Below, piece by piece: positions 21,061 through 31,134 of a stretch of 64,000 nucleotides of DNA. How positions within the stretch are numbered: the first letter of the stretch is position 1; each line of letters begins with the position of its first letter. The notes beneath the pieces were generated by a model. It did no database searches, was not told the DNA's origin, and saw nothing but the letters and a program-made list of their open reading frames with translations. A program made the translations under genes and the position numbers. Source of the stretch: a plasmid; the sequence record NZ_CP013725.1; one strand, given 5' to 3'.

Positions 21061-21435
21061 GTGGTGGTTAGATATTATACAACGGATGATAGTCGCGAAA
21101 ATCCTTATGAGTTAATGGAGTTTTTTGGGAAAAAAGATATATCTGGGAAGATGATTAGTTTCTTTTCTAGCGTAATGACAAACAATAAAAACATTCGGCT
21201 TGGAATTATTTCTGGAATAAAGAAACTATATGATGCTGATTTAATTCCTTACCATAGAGAGCAATTTCGAACTTCAATAATGTATTTTAATTTAATGGGA
21301 GGTGTCAGAATCTTAGAAATACTTTCTTTTGAAGAGGTTGAAGAGATTACAATTGAGTTGTTAAAGGAAAAAATAGTGTCACTGACCAAGATATCCAAGT
21401 TCTTCAAAAAGCATAATAAATACCCTCTAAAATGA
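21061..21435 (+). CDS. hypothetical protein (AT-rich)
   Basis: 124-aa ORF ending in a hairpin terminator (TACCCTCTAAAATGA/TCATTTTAGAGGGTA at 21421-21452). Confidence 0.3.
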   Translation: MVVRYYTTDDSRENPYELMEFFGKKDISGKMISFFSSVMTNNKNIRLGIISGIKKLYDADLIPYHREQFRTSIMYFNLMGGVRILEILSFEEVEEITIELLKEKIVSLTKISKFFKKHNKYPLK

Positions 21436-21625
21436 AATCATTTTAGAGGGTATTCTATTAATCTGATTATATATTAGGCTGGAAATAATTATCCTGAATA
21501 ATTATCCTGAATAATTCATACCTCTATAATTTAAGCTATGAATTATTCAGGTCTAACATATTGTAATTTATATGTACTTGTTATTTTAATCTCCGGTTAT
21601 TCATAGAATCGTTATACATGAAGGC

Positions 21626-22390
21626 GTGAATAGGGAGAAAAAGCGGCATACACTGATTAACCCTATGGTTTTTTCCAGTGTAGAATCTAGTCAGGATGCC
21701 TTTAAGCAAGCCGCGCATTATTTAAATCAGGTATACAATTTAAAAGATACCATTGTGGTTACGAACAGTGATGGCGGCAGTGGCTATGAAGCAGATAAAT
21801 TTGAATCCATGGATGGTTATAGTAAGCAGCACGAGCATTTTAGAGACTTATTTCATGTGCACAAAAAGATAAAAGAACGTTTATCCTTTGATAAGCCAAT
21901 GGCCAAGCAGGTGGAGAAAGCTATCTATCAATATGATTGGGATAGAATTGAAACACTTTGTGCCACCATTGAAAGTCGTCTGATTGATCTTCCCGAAGTC
22001 ATTATAGAAGATCGATTGGAACAGATTAGAAAGCTCAAAAATTACTTATCTCGGAACTGGGTTTATATCAAACCGTTTAAGAAGCGTGAATTATCGATTG
22101 ATAGAGGCACAGGGGCTGGAGAGACGGGTCATCGTCTGTATACATATCGCATGAAGAGACAAGGCCGAAGCTGGACAAAAAAAGGAGCTAGCCACGTTGT
22201 GGCAATTCTCACTGCAGAGAAAAATGGGCTTTTACAGACAGCTTTAACAGCTGAAATAACAGATAAAGTCGAATCACTAGGTGAAGAGATTAAAGGAGCT
22301 GTCCGTCAAGCGTTAAAGAAAATAGATTCTACGGCCAAACAATCCAAACGGGTTCTATCGTCAATTATGGTCCGAAAAGCAGCTTTATAG
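21626..22390 (+). pseudogene. 3' fragment of a transposase (ISLre2/UPF0236-like)
   Basis: C-terminal TGHRLYTYRMKRQGRSWTKKGASHVVAILTAEKNG pattern; no N-terminal catalytic part; short direct/inverted repeats at 21470-21560 upstream. Confidence 0.4.
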
Positions 22391-22508
22391 GCCAACTAGC
22401 CCTTTCATTTAGTTAAATGAATAGAAACAAAAAACCGCATTTATTTTAAGGGTCATTTAGAATAAAGGTTACCGAGGAAAACTTGATGCATACAAATGTA
22501 AGTAAAGG

Positions 22509-22537
22509 CTTGACCGATTAAATTTGATGTGCTATTA
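22509..22537 (+). promoter_or_regulatory. sigma-70 type promoter with extended -10 (TTGACC, 17 bp, TGcTATTAT)
   Basis: -35 at 22509-22514, -10 at 22532-22537 preceded by TG. Confidence 0.55.
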
Positions 22538-22543
22538 TGAAAC

Positions 22544-22852
22544 TAACTTTACAAGACAAGTTGATAAAAGACGACAACTTAATATGAAAGCTTTGATTAG
22601 GGGCGTTTGAGCTAATCATTGTGATCTGAACAGGCGGTGAACGTAACACGAGGTTCATGCAGCTGGGCTGCAATTATTTGCGGCAGCAGACTATGTATTC
22701 TAAGGGCATATCTGTGGGACAGTTAATTCTGTTCTACGGGTATGCCCTTTTTTAATACAGAAAAATAAGTGGAAAAGGAGGGAGACCGCTCTTTAAGCCA
22801 GTTGTCTGTGATATGTGATAGAATAAAAATAATGATGAAAGAAGGGAATAAC
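22544..22852 (+). ncRNA. About 310-nt structured 5' leader with an intrinsic terminator (22704-22753) upstream of a P1B-type ATPase. Candidate metal-sensing riboswitch (NiCo/czcD-like) or attenuator.
   Basis: GGGCATA....TATGCCC hairpin followed by TTTTTT about 100 nt before the start codon. Upstream segments with complementary potential: CTGAACAGGCGG / GGGCTGCAATTATTTGCGGCAGCAG. Confidence 0.4.
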
Positions 22853-24736
22853 ATGATCAGTTATTTAATAAAGAGTAGGCAGGGCCAGTTTTTAGCTATC
22901 GGTATTTTGTTTGCCGCAGCTGGCTTTATATTTGGAACGATGAATAGTGAGTACAGTCGCTGGCTTTTCTATGCTGCTATATTTTTCTTAGGCTTTTATG
23001 CGTCCAAAAATGCGATCGTAGAAACAGTGCGCTACAAGTCGCCCAACGTGGATCTACTTATGATCCTCGCTGCACTTGGTGCTGTGATCTTTGATTTTGA
23101 ATCAGAAGGAGCAGCCTTACTACTAATTTTTGCCGCAGCTGAAGTACTAGAAGATTATGCGAACAACAAATCGACCTCAGCGATCTCGGAATTGATGGCT
23201 CAGGTACCTGAAACAGCTCAAGTCTTGAAAGAAAATGGTGAAGTGGTAACCGTTCCTACTGAAGACCTGAATGTAGGGGAAAGGGTCGTCGTTTCTGAAG
23301 GGGAACAGATCCCGATCGACGGAATCATTGACCGCAAATCGATCGTCAATGAATCAGCTCTCACTGGCGAATCGGTTCCTGTCGTGAAAGAGGCCGAAGA
23401 TGAAGTGTTCGCAGGAACGATCAATGAAGGCGACGTTTTTTATATCGATGTAACCAAATCCAGCGATGAAACAGTCTTCTCCAATATCATTCGGATGGTC
23501 GAAGAAGCGCAGAGCCGTCCTTCACGCATCTCTAAATTCATTGACCGGATAGAGAGCAAGTATGTTATTTCTGTACTAGTTATCGTGCCGATTTTCATCG
23601 TTGTGATGTATGCATTGATGGATCTGCCATTCGAAGAAGCCTTTTATCGCGGTATGGTCTTTCTAACAGTCGCCAGTCCCTGTGCCTTAGTCGCTTCGGC
23701 CACGCCAGCAACGTTGAGTGCGATCAGTAATGGAGCAAAAAACGGGATTTTATTCAAAGGGGGGGCTGCAATGGAAGCTTTGAGCACGATGGATATCTTA
23801 TACACAGACAAGACAGGCACGCTGACTTATGGTGAATTCAAGGTCGATGAATACAGTGCTCCCGATGATGTATTGAAAGAAGTGATCTATATGGAACAGC
23901 AGTCGAGTCATCCGATCGCTCGAGCTATCGTGACGGCGTTTAAAGAGACGGATCTGAGTTCAGTCGATCATAATGAACCTGTTAGTGAAATAGCCGGTTC
24001 CGGTATCAAGAAAGGCACAGTAAGGGTGGGAAAACCTTCAGCCTTCAGTACATTCAAAAACTACGATCGCTTCAAGCAGTACTTCCAAAAAGGCAACACG
24101 ATCATTCTCGCAGCAAAAGAAGAGGAGGTCGTTGGTTACTTTTCACTCAGTGACCAGATTCGCAGACAGTCGGCAGATGCCGTGGCTAACTTCCAGAAAG
24201 AAGGCATTAAAGTCACGTTATTAACGGGTGATAACGAAGAAGTGACAGAGACGGTAGCAGAGGTCGTCGGTGTCGATGACTATAAAGCGTCCATGTTGCC
24301 GGAAGACAAGATCGCCTATGTCAGGGAGAGTCAGGATAAGGAAGAAGTGGTCGGCATGATCGGTGACGGGATCAATGATGCGCCAGCTCTGGCAAATGCA
24401 GATATCGGGATCGCGATGGGCAGCGGTTCCTCTGTGGCGATGGAATCATCCGATGTCGTTGTCGTTAAAAATGACTTGTCGAAACTGTTCTACAGTTACA
24501 AGTTGAGTAAGAAACTGAACAAAATCATTTTGCAGAATGTGATTTTCTCGATCAGCGTGATCGTGACCTTGATCGTCTTGAACCTCTTTGGCGTATTAGG
24601 ACTTCCACTAGCGGTATTATTCCATGAAGGGTCAACAATACTCGTTATTCTTAATGGTCTCCGTCTACTTGGATCTAAAGGTCTGAAGCAAGAAGAGAGA
24701 GTCTCGGATCCATCTTTAAAGTCTGTAAAGGTTTAA
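22853..24736 (+). CDS. P1B-type heavy-metal ATPase lacking an N-terminal metal-binding domain, SPC motif in TM6 (P1B-4-like, Co/Ni/Zn/Cd-type)
   Basis: [19 protein letters not shown]6 VASPCALVAS; about 627 aa; RBS GAAGGGAA. Confidence 0.8.
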   Translation: MISYLIKSRQGQFLAIGILFAAAGFIFGTMNSEYSRWLFYAAIFFLGFYASKNAIVETVRYKSPNVDLLMILAALGAVIFDFESEGAALLLIFAAAEVLEDYANNKSTSAISELMAQVPETAQVLKENGEVVTVPTEDLNVGERVVVSEGEQIPIDGIIDRKSIVNESALTGESVPVVKEAEDEVFAGTINEGDVFYIDVTKSSDETVFSNIIRMVEEAQSRPSRISKFIDRIESKYVISVLVIVPIFIVVMYALMDLPFEEAFYRGMVFLTVASPCALVASATPATLSAISNGAKNGILFKGGAAMEALSTMDILYTDKTGTLTYGEFKVDEYSAPDDVLKEVIYMEQQSSHPIARAIVTAFKETDLSSVDHNEPVSEIAGSGIKKGTVRVGKPSAFSTFKNYDRFKQYFQKGNTIILAAKEEEVVGYFSLSDQIRRQSADAVANFQKEGIKVTLLTGDNEEVTETVAEVVGVDDYKASMLPEDKIAYVRESQDKEEVVGMIGDGINDAPALANADIGIAMGSGSSVAMESSDVVVVKNDLSKLFYSYKLSKKLNKIILQNVIFSISVIVTLIVLNLFGVLGLPLAVLFHEGSTILVILNGLRLLGSKGLKQEERVSDPSLKSVKV

Positions 24737-24755
24737 ACTGAACATTTTATGAAAG

Positions 24756-24800
24756 AAAGCCCCTGAGACTGATCAAACAGACTTGGGGGCTTTCTAGTGT
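24756..24800 (+). terminator. rho-independent terminator of the ATPase gene
   Basis: AAAGCCCC...GGGGGCTTTCT hairpin. Confidence 0.55.
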
Positions 24801-24801
24801 T

Positions 24802-25609
24802 GGTTCTGTTGCGAAGTTTGAAAATCAAACGCGCCCTCTCTGAACTCCAAATATCTTAGGCTGTTATTCCCATTAATACCTTGATTTCAGTAGACACCGA
24901 AAAGCCGAAGAGCGTTCCATTTCTTCGGTTCTTTTTATATATTCCTCGAATGGTCTCCATGCCCTTAATCGTGGAAGAGGCTGTACGGAGACTTTGATAA
25001 AATTTATTTCGTCGTTTAATAGGTCGATGGTCTTGTTCTATTAAATTGTTAAGATACTTCACAGTTCGGTGCTCTGTCTTAGTATATAAACCCACACTCT
25101 GTAACTTTCTAAAGGCGGAGCCAAGAGAAGGTGCTTTATCGGTCACAATTGCTTTCGGCTCACCAAACTGTTTATGGAGTCGTTTTAAGAAAGCATAGGC
25201 TGCTTGCGTATCCCGTTTCTTTCGTAACCAGATATCTAAGGTTAAGCCGTCCGCATCAATTGCACGATAAAGATAATGCCAACGTCCCTTAATTTTGATA
25301 TAGGTTTCGTCCATTTTCCATGAATAGAAGGATTGTCTATTTTTCTTCTTCCAAAGATAATAGAGGACTTTGCTGTACTCTTGCACCCAACGATAAATCG
25401 TAGTATGACAAACATTTATTCCACGATCATATAACAATTCCTGAACTTCACGATAGCTTAGATTGTAACGCAGGTAGTAACCAACAGCGACAATAATGAC
25501 GTCTTTTTTGAATTGTTTGCCTTTAAAATGATTCATTACTCTGTCCTCTCTGTCTTTTTTCTCAATTTTACACTAAAATAGATTTTTTGGAAAACTTTGC
25601 AACAGAACC
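24802..25609 (-). mobile_element. IS1216 (IS6 family), complete 808-bp copy
   Basis: IRs GGTTCTGTTGCGAAGTTT at 24802-24819 and AAACTTTGCAACAGAACC at 25592-25609; transposase 24856-25536 (minus); no 8-bp target duplication. Confidence 0.9.
24856..25536 (-). CDS. IS1216 transposase (IS6 family DDE)
   Basis: 226 aa MNHFKGKQFKKDVIIVAVGYYLRYNLSYREVQELLYDRGINVCHTTIYRW... Confidence 0.9.
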   Translation of the reverse strand: MNHFKGKQFKKDVIIVAVGYYLRYNLSYREVQELLYDRGINVCHTTIYRWVQEYSKVLYYLWKKKNRQSFYSWKMDETYIKIKGRWHYLYRAIDADGLTLDIWLRKKRDTQAAYAFLKRLHKQFGEPKAIVTDKAPSLGSAFRKLQSVGLYTKTEHRTVKYLNNLIEQDHRPIKRRNKFYQSLRTASSTIKGMETIRGIYKKNRRNGTLFGFSVSTEIKVLMGITA

Positions 25610-25615
25610 GATTGA

Positions 25616-25933
25616 TTGATGACGGAGGAGGAGTTATCTGTTCTTAATAGAATCAAAGAATGGTCTGTTCTTTTGAAGATTTATTATGGCATTCTGTTCT
25701 TTTCATTTGTTACAGTAGGCTTAGTTTCTCTTTTGTTGACTCTTTTATCGTTATGGACGAATATGATGCTATTTTTGTATTTACTTTTACTGTTTTTCTT
25801 AGGATTAGGGGGAGTAGGTACTGCCATTCTTGATGATTATAAGTGGTCATTGTTTAGTGGAATTTGTAGGAGAATGAAAAAAAGTGCAACTGTTGAGTCT
25901 TATGAATGCTGGAAGAAGGAAATGAATGTGTAG
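25616..25933 (+). CDS. small membrane protein, hypothetical
   Basis: two long hydrophobic stretches; abuts the IS1216 end. Confidence 0.3.
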   Translation: MMTEEELSVLNRIKEWSVLLKIYYGILFFSFVTVGLVSLLLTLLSLWTNMMLFLYLLLLFFLGLGGVGTAILDDYKWSLFSGICRRMKKSATVESYECWKKEMNV

Positions 25934-25974
25934 AGGTATACAAAAGAGCCTAGCAATAGATACTAGGCTTTTTC

Positions 25975-26364
25975 CTATGGCTTTAAAATGTACACAGGTG
26001 GAATATGAATGTTGTTTGGACGATCACCGTTTCTGTCAGATAAACGTTGGAAAGCGCCGTGTAGACCTTCTACCAAATGACTGGATGGCAATAAATTGTG
26101 CCAATTTGTTACGATTTGATTTAATTTATTTAATCGATTCTGTTTTTCATTAAGTTGATCATCCATGTAAATATTTAGTACGTTTGTTAGGTATTGTGCC
26201 CACATTTTTAATTCGATAGAGTCCACATGGTCTGCTACGAAAGCTAGTTTTTCCAATACGAGTTTAGATTTTTCAAAGTACACTAAGTCTATTAAGTAGT
26301 CAGATAGGATAATATTTTTTGTAAAAATGGCTGAATAAATCCATGGCATTGAAGTCAACAGCAA
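25975..26364 (-). CDS. hypothetical protein
   Basis: 129-aa ORF, no motif recognised. Confidence 0.25.
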   Translation of the reverse strand: MLLTSMPWIYSAIFTKNIILSDYLIDLVYFEKSKLVLEKLAFVADHVDSIELKMWAQYLTNVLNIYMDDQLNEKQNRLNKLNQIVTNWHNLLPSSHLVEGLHGAFQRLSDRNGDRPNNIHIPPVYILKP

Positions 26365-27009
26365 GTAGTTTCTGGCTAATTATTGGCAGCTGGTCAATAG
26401 TTAATGGGGTAATAAAGTCTGTGAAAAATTGGAAATTATAAGAAGTCAGGTACGTGGCTTCTTATGATTTAATTTATAAGACCCAGGGCTTTAGTGATAT
26501 CGATTTTAGGAATTTGAGTAGTGTCATTTGATAAAATTTTCTCAAGCAGCATTCTTAAACGGATTAGTGTCAAATTATTGTTTTCGTTTCTAAAACATCC
26601 TTGTATAGCAAGATAGCTTGTTGAACATCATGATGTTCAACAAGGTTGTAACGTTTTTTTGAGTGTTGTTGTCTTCGGATATCGAATTCAAACAATCACT
26701 ACTTATCACTAACAAGTCAATTATCAGATTGAACAGAAAAGTGGATTGACAGCTGAAGCAGTTGCAGAGCTCAAAGATTACTCAAATAAACAATTTCAAG
26801 GCTAGAGAACAAAAGCAAGAACAAACAATAGCTTTACAAAGAGAAGAAGAAAAATAAAGGAGAATGAGCTATGAATTTTCTACAAAATAATTTCCAAACT
26901 TTATATTTAGGTGCAGCTGCAGGAGATATTCAAGGAAGAATTTCCGGAGCATTAACAACAGTTCAATCCGTATTGACAGGTATACAAGATCGTCAAAAAG
27001 CATTTAGAT

Positions 27010-27393
27010 GAAGCGGAAACAATCGTGATTGCGACCGACAGCGACCGAGAAGGTGAAGCAATCGCCCGCTTGATTATCAACCTTTCGGGAAATAGCCGGA
27101 AAACCATTAAACGTTTATGGATCAACTCGCTTGAAACTAGCGAAATCAAAAAAGGATTTCAAAATCTGAAGGACGGACAGGCGTTTTATTCCACTTACAA
27201 AGAAGCAGAAACCCGACAAATCGCTGATTGGCTGGTAGGAATCAATCTCACCCGTCTTTACACGCTTTATATGCAGAAAAACGGCATGAGAGGCGTGTTT
27301 AGCGTTGGACGCGTCCAAACCCCGACTTTGTTCTTGATTTACCAACGCAACGAAGAAATCAAACATTTCGTCAGCAAGCCATTTTATGTATGA
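27010..27393 (+). pseudogene. internal fragment of DNA topoisomerase III (Toprim region)
   Basis: IATDSDREGEAIARLI (Toprim DxDxEGE) and SVGRVQTPTL motifs; both ends missing. Confidence 0.55.
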
Positions 27394-28297
27394 AGACGAA
27401 TGGAGAGAATACTATGCAACCAAAATTGAGAGCATACATATTACGAGAAACAAACTCGTTTTCCAATGCAATGAAGGAATCGCTCTGTCTACTCATAAAA
27501 CGGAAATTGAAAGAATCATGCATGCATTGGCACTTAAACTCTTATTACTGGAGTTAAATTCATATGATTTTTAATCTGCAAAAAAGTTTATAGCACCGTC
27601 GCTTATACCAGAAAATATAACAAACGCCGCATTGTTTTTTTGTGCACTTTAATAATCTATTCAACTAAGGAATTAAGCTGGCTGTCAAGAGAGTAATATC
27701 GTATTGAATCTCAGGTGGAAATTTTCTGCGGTATCTTTTTTGACTGAAATGACATTAGTGTCTTTTGGGGATTGTGTATGTAAGTATTTTTTAAAATCAT
27801 TTTAACAAGTTTTGGACAAAAATTCTCATGAAAAAACAGAATTTAAATAGCATGATAAATTAGAGAAGATAGTTTAATGTGCTTATAGGAACACCCCACT
27901 TTTACAGTCACAATCAATAACCTTGCTACTTTCTTTCGAAATTGATAAGAGTCTAAAGGATTGACAACGCTTGATAGTGAGCATAAACTTAATGTACGCT
28001 AGTTAGTTTACAAGTGCAAACTAAAAAAGTATGATGTGTCGTCTCTGAAATTCTCCCTGATTCAAGTCATAACCAGAGTACATATCGGTTATTTTTTGAT
28101 TCCATATTTTTTCCTTTATGTGCTGAGGATTAAGGGGTACCAATTGTAATTGCGCGTTATATGGTCTTTGTTTAGAATCGCTCTCCAAAAAGCCAATTTT
28201 TTTGCATAGAATTTTAGATGTGGTATCATTAATTAGAATTATTATAAATAAGAAGTAGGTATCATTGTTTCAGTATAAAGACTAGGAGGAATGGAAG

Positions 28298-28720
28298 ATG
28301 GAAATAGACTACAAGGATCATGGGAAGAAGCCGTATATCATTAATATTGAAGACGCCACCACAGGAAATGATAATTACCGGACGACCATTTGGACAGGCA
28401 GTAAACTGCAAGTCACCGTAATGTCCATTCAACCGGGCGATGACATCGGTTTGGAAGTGCACGAAGGCATTGACCAATTTATCCGTATTGAAGAAGGAGA
28501 AGGCGTGTGTAAAATGGGGCCTTCTAAAGATAACTTACATGTTCAACAAAAAGTGATGGATGATGACGCCGTATTTGTTCCGGCGGACATGTGGCACAAC
28601 ATCGAAAACACCGGTGATAAGCCGCTCAGACTGTATACCATTTATGCTGGTCCAGATCACCTTGAAGGAACGGTTCACCCTACTCATGAAGACGCCAAAA
28701 ACGATCCAAACGAACACTGA
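28298..28720 (+). CDS. cupin-domain protein
   Basis: G-x5-HxH-x-E-like IGLEVHEGIDQFIRIEEG and later PADMWHNIENTG cupin motifs. Confidence 0.65.
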   Translation: MEIDYKDHGKKPYIINIEDATTGNDNYRTTIWTGSKLQVTVMSIQPGDDIGLEVHEGIDQFIRIEEGEGVCKMGPSKDNLHVQQKVMDDDAVFVPADMWHNIENTGDKPLRLYTIYAGPDHLEGTVHPTHEDAKNDPNEH

Positions 28721-28740
28721 GGTACACTAGGATGAAACAA

Positions 28741-28787
28741 AAGCCCTGCACCCGTATGGATGGTCCACTGGTGCAGGGCTTTTTTAT
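28741..28787 (+). terminator. rho-independent terminator
   Basis: AAAGCCCTGCACC...GGTGCAGGGCTTTTTT. Confidence 0.65.
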
Positions 28788-28803
28788 AAAGGAGAGAAGT
28801 GGT

Positions 28804-29457
28804 ATGAGTGATTCATTGTTTCAATTAGAGAAGGTTGGTTTTCAGGCAAACGGAAAACAAATCCTTCAAGATATCTCTTTTACAGTAAACAAAGGGGAAG
28901 TGATTGTTTTTTCTGGTCCTTCTGGAAGTGGAAAAAGTACCCTTTTGAAATTAATTGGTACGCTGCTTTCCCCAACTTCCGGAAAAATTTATTATCGAGG
29001 TACGGATCTGCAAAAAATCGATCCTGTGGAGTATAGAAAAGAAGTCTCTTATTTCTTTCAAAACGCTTCTCTATTCGATGAGACAGTTCAAGAGAACTTG
29101 TCTTTTCCTGCCCGCATAAGAGAAGAAGGATTTGATCGGGAACGTGCAAAAAAATTGTTAGAACGAGTTCAAATACCTGAAACTTACTTATCGAAAGAGG
29201 TCAAGGAACTATCAGGAGGGGAAAAACAACGGGTTGCATTGGTCCGAAATTTGATGTATCAACCGAAAGTATTGCTCCTGGATGAAGTTACCAGTTCATT
29301 GGACCAAGAAAACAGAGCGATTGTCCTTGATTTAGTCCGAGACATGATGAAAGACCAACAAACTACGGTGTTGGCCGTCACTCACAACCAGGAAGAAATC
29401 GACCAAGCTTCTCGTCTGATTACTATCAAAGGTGGAAAAATGGAGGAATCGAAATGA
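28804..29457 (+). CDS. ABC transporter ATP-binding protein (YbbL/FetA-like)
   Basis: Walker A GPSGSGKST, signature LSGGEKQRV, Walker B LLLDE. Confidence 0.8.
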   Translation: MSDSLFQLEKVGFQANGKQILQDISFTVNKGEVIVFSGPSGSGKSTLLKLIGTLLSPTSGKIYYRGTDLQKIDPVEYRKEVSYFFQNASLFDETVQENLSFPARIREEGFDRERAKKLLERVQIPETYLSKEVKELSGGEKQRVALVRNLMYQPKVLLLDEVTSSLDQENRAIVLDLVRDMMKDQQTTVLAVTHNQEEIDQASRLITIKGGKMEESK

Positions 29458-30218
29458 CAAACAATTTGGAAATCAGTAATCTTTCTTTGCTCTTATCCTC
29501 TGTCCTCTTGATAGTTGCCTTGTTGATTGATTACAAAGAGAAATTGGGATTAGGAAACGACATTTTTATTGCGGGAATTCGCGCTGTCGTTCAATTATTC
29601 CTTATTGGATATGTATTGAGCTACGTATTACGAGTGGATAACAACTTTCTCACTTTAGCGATGGTTTTGTTCATTGTGTTCAACGCTTCTTATAACGCCC
29701 ATACACGCAGTGAGGGGATCAACCGCTCTTTTAAAATTTCAACGACGGCTATTGGAGTAGGAACAGCCTTGTCCTTACTCATTCTTGTTTTTTCAGGAGT
29801 CATTGACTGGTCCCCTTCCCAAATCGTTCCAATTACAGGCATGATTGCCAGCAACGCCATGACTGCGATTGGAGTGACCTATCGGTCTTTGAATTCAAAA
29901 TTTACGGACCAACGCCAACAGGTATTGGAAAAATTGGCATTGGGAGCCAATAAAAAACAAGCGTCCATGAGTATTGTAAGAGAAAGCGTCAAAACGGGCA
30001 TGGCTCCTTCTATTGACCGAACAAAAACGGTTGGACTTGTCAGCCTACCAGGTATGATGTCAGGGTTGATTTTTGCGGGAATTGATCCTGTTCAAGCGAT
30101 TCGTTACCAAATTGTTGTGATGTTTATGTTGATTTCAGTTACTGCGATTTCTTCGTTTATTGCTAGTTATATGGCTTACCGTGAGTTTTATAACAATCGC
30201 AGTCAATTAATTATATGA
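29454..30218 (+). CDS. ABC transporter permease of the UPF0014/FetB (YbbM) family, putative iron/metal exporter
   Basis: polytopic membrane protein translationally coupled to the ATPase; family typical of FetAB-type exporters. Confidence 0.55.
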   Translation: MTNNLEISNLSLLLSSVLLIVALLIDYKEKLGLGNDIFIAGIRAVVQLFLIGYVLSYVLRVDNNFLTLAMVLFIVFNASYNAHTRSEGINRSFKISTTAIGVGTALSLLILVFSGVIDWSPSQIVPITGMIASNAMTAIGVTYRSLNSKFTDQRQQVLEKLALGANKKQASMSIVRESVKTGMAPSIDRTKTVGLVSLPGMMSGLIFAGIDPVQAIRYQIVVMFMLISVTAISSFIASYMAYREFYNNRSQLII

Positions 30219-30402
30219 TTTGGGATGATACACTACTCTTAAAACCAGTGATTACAATTTTATGTAGTTAAAAGAAGACCTCACGAGAATAATTGCAAAA
30301 AGAACTTCATTTTTTAAGGAAGAAGGATATTTTTGTCATCGAATCTTTGGAACGACTAGGGCGAAACTATGATGAAATTTTTTATATAGTGCAGTAACTG
30401 GA

Positions 30403-30600
30403 TTGATTGAATCCTTTAATAAGCAAATCAAGAAATACAGCCACCGCAAGGAACAGTTCCAAAATGAAGAGTCGATGGAACGTTTCTTAGTCTCGTCTTT
30501 TGATACTCACAACCAAAAATTCCTAGGTCGCAGTCATAAAGGTTTCCAACAGGCCGAAGGCGAGCTCGAACAAATGCTGAGTCAACCGATGGAGAATTAG
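30403..30600 (+). pseudogene. C-terminal remnant of an IS256-family transposase
   Basis: IESFNKQIKKYSHRKEQFQNEESMERFLVS resembles the IS256 Tnp C-terminus; only 65 aa. Confidence 0.45.
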
Positions 30601-31134
30601 AAACAATCTACAGTAGGAAAGAACCATTTACACAAAATTATTGACGCTCCCAAGCTAAAACTCCTATTAATCGATCTACTAAAAATAAATAAAAAATTCT
30701 TTTCAATTTTTATTTATGGTATGACATAAATAAAGTAAAGTTATTCTTCTAGGTTAATCTTATTAATACTCTTTCTCACTAGTGTTGCATGCAACACTAG
30801 TGAGAAAGAGCATTAAATATACTGCAAGGCAAGACATTTGGTAATTGAAGAATAACAAGCAAAAAAATAGCAGTCAGGTCTCTTGACAAAGTATAGTTGC
30901 TATTCTTTTTTTAGGCCCTACTTTAATGAAATTTTTGTTTGGAGGGAACGACTTCATTCCTTTGATTATTTCAGTTGAATTTAATAGAGAAGCCTGGCGT
31001 CTATTAAGAAATACTTTTCTTGATGAGCGTCAATTTTTTTAACGGAAATCTATCCTATACTAAATTCAGTAAAGAAAAAGGAGGAATCAAAGAAAGCTAT
31101 TTTAAACAAACCAAAATTATAGGAGGAATAAATC

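Noticed and set aside
22769-22852. GTG start at 22769 for the SPC-type ATPase
   Set aside because: The extra 28 codons would be translated from the leader. The ATG at 22853 follows a better-spaced RBS and gives a conventional N-terminus (MISYLIK...); the ATG at 22832 remains an alternative.
26861-27001. 46-codon ORF MNFLQNNFQTLYLGAAAGD... with a good RBS, considered as a bacteriocin-like peptide
   Set aside because: It has no double-glycine leader, no immunity or transport genes, and lies in a region of gene fragments. It is more likely a remnant N-terminus, so it is not reported as a feature.
28732-28803. ORF-track start at 28732 for the ABC ATPase
   Set aside because: The upstream 24 codons run through a hairpin terminator (28741-28787). 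The Walker-containing protein starts at the ATG at 28804 after GGAGAGAAG.
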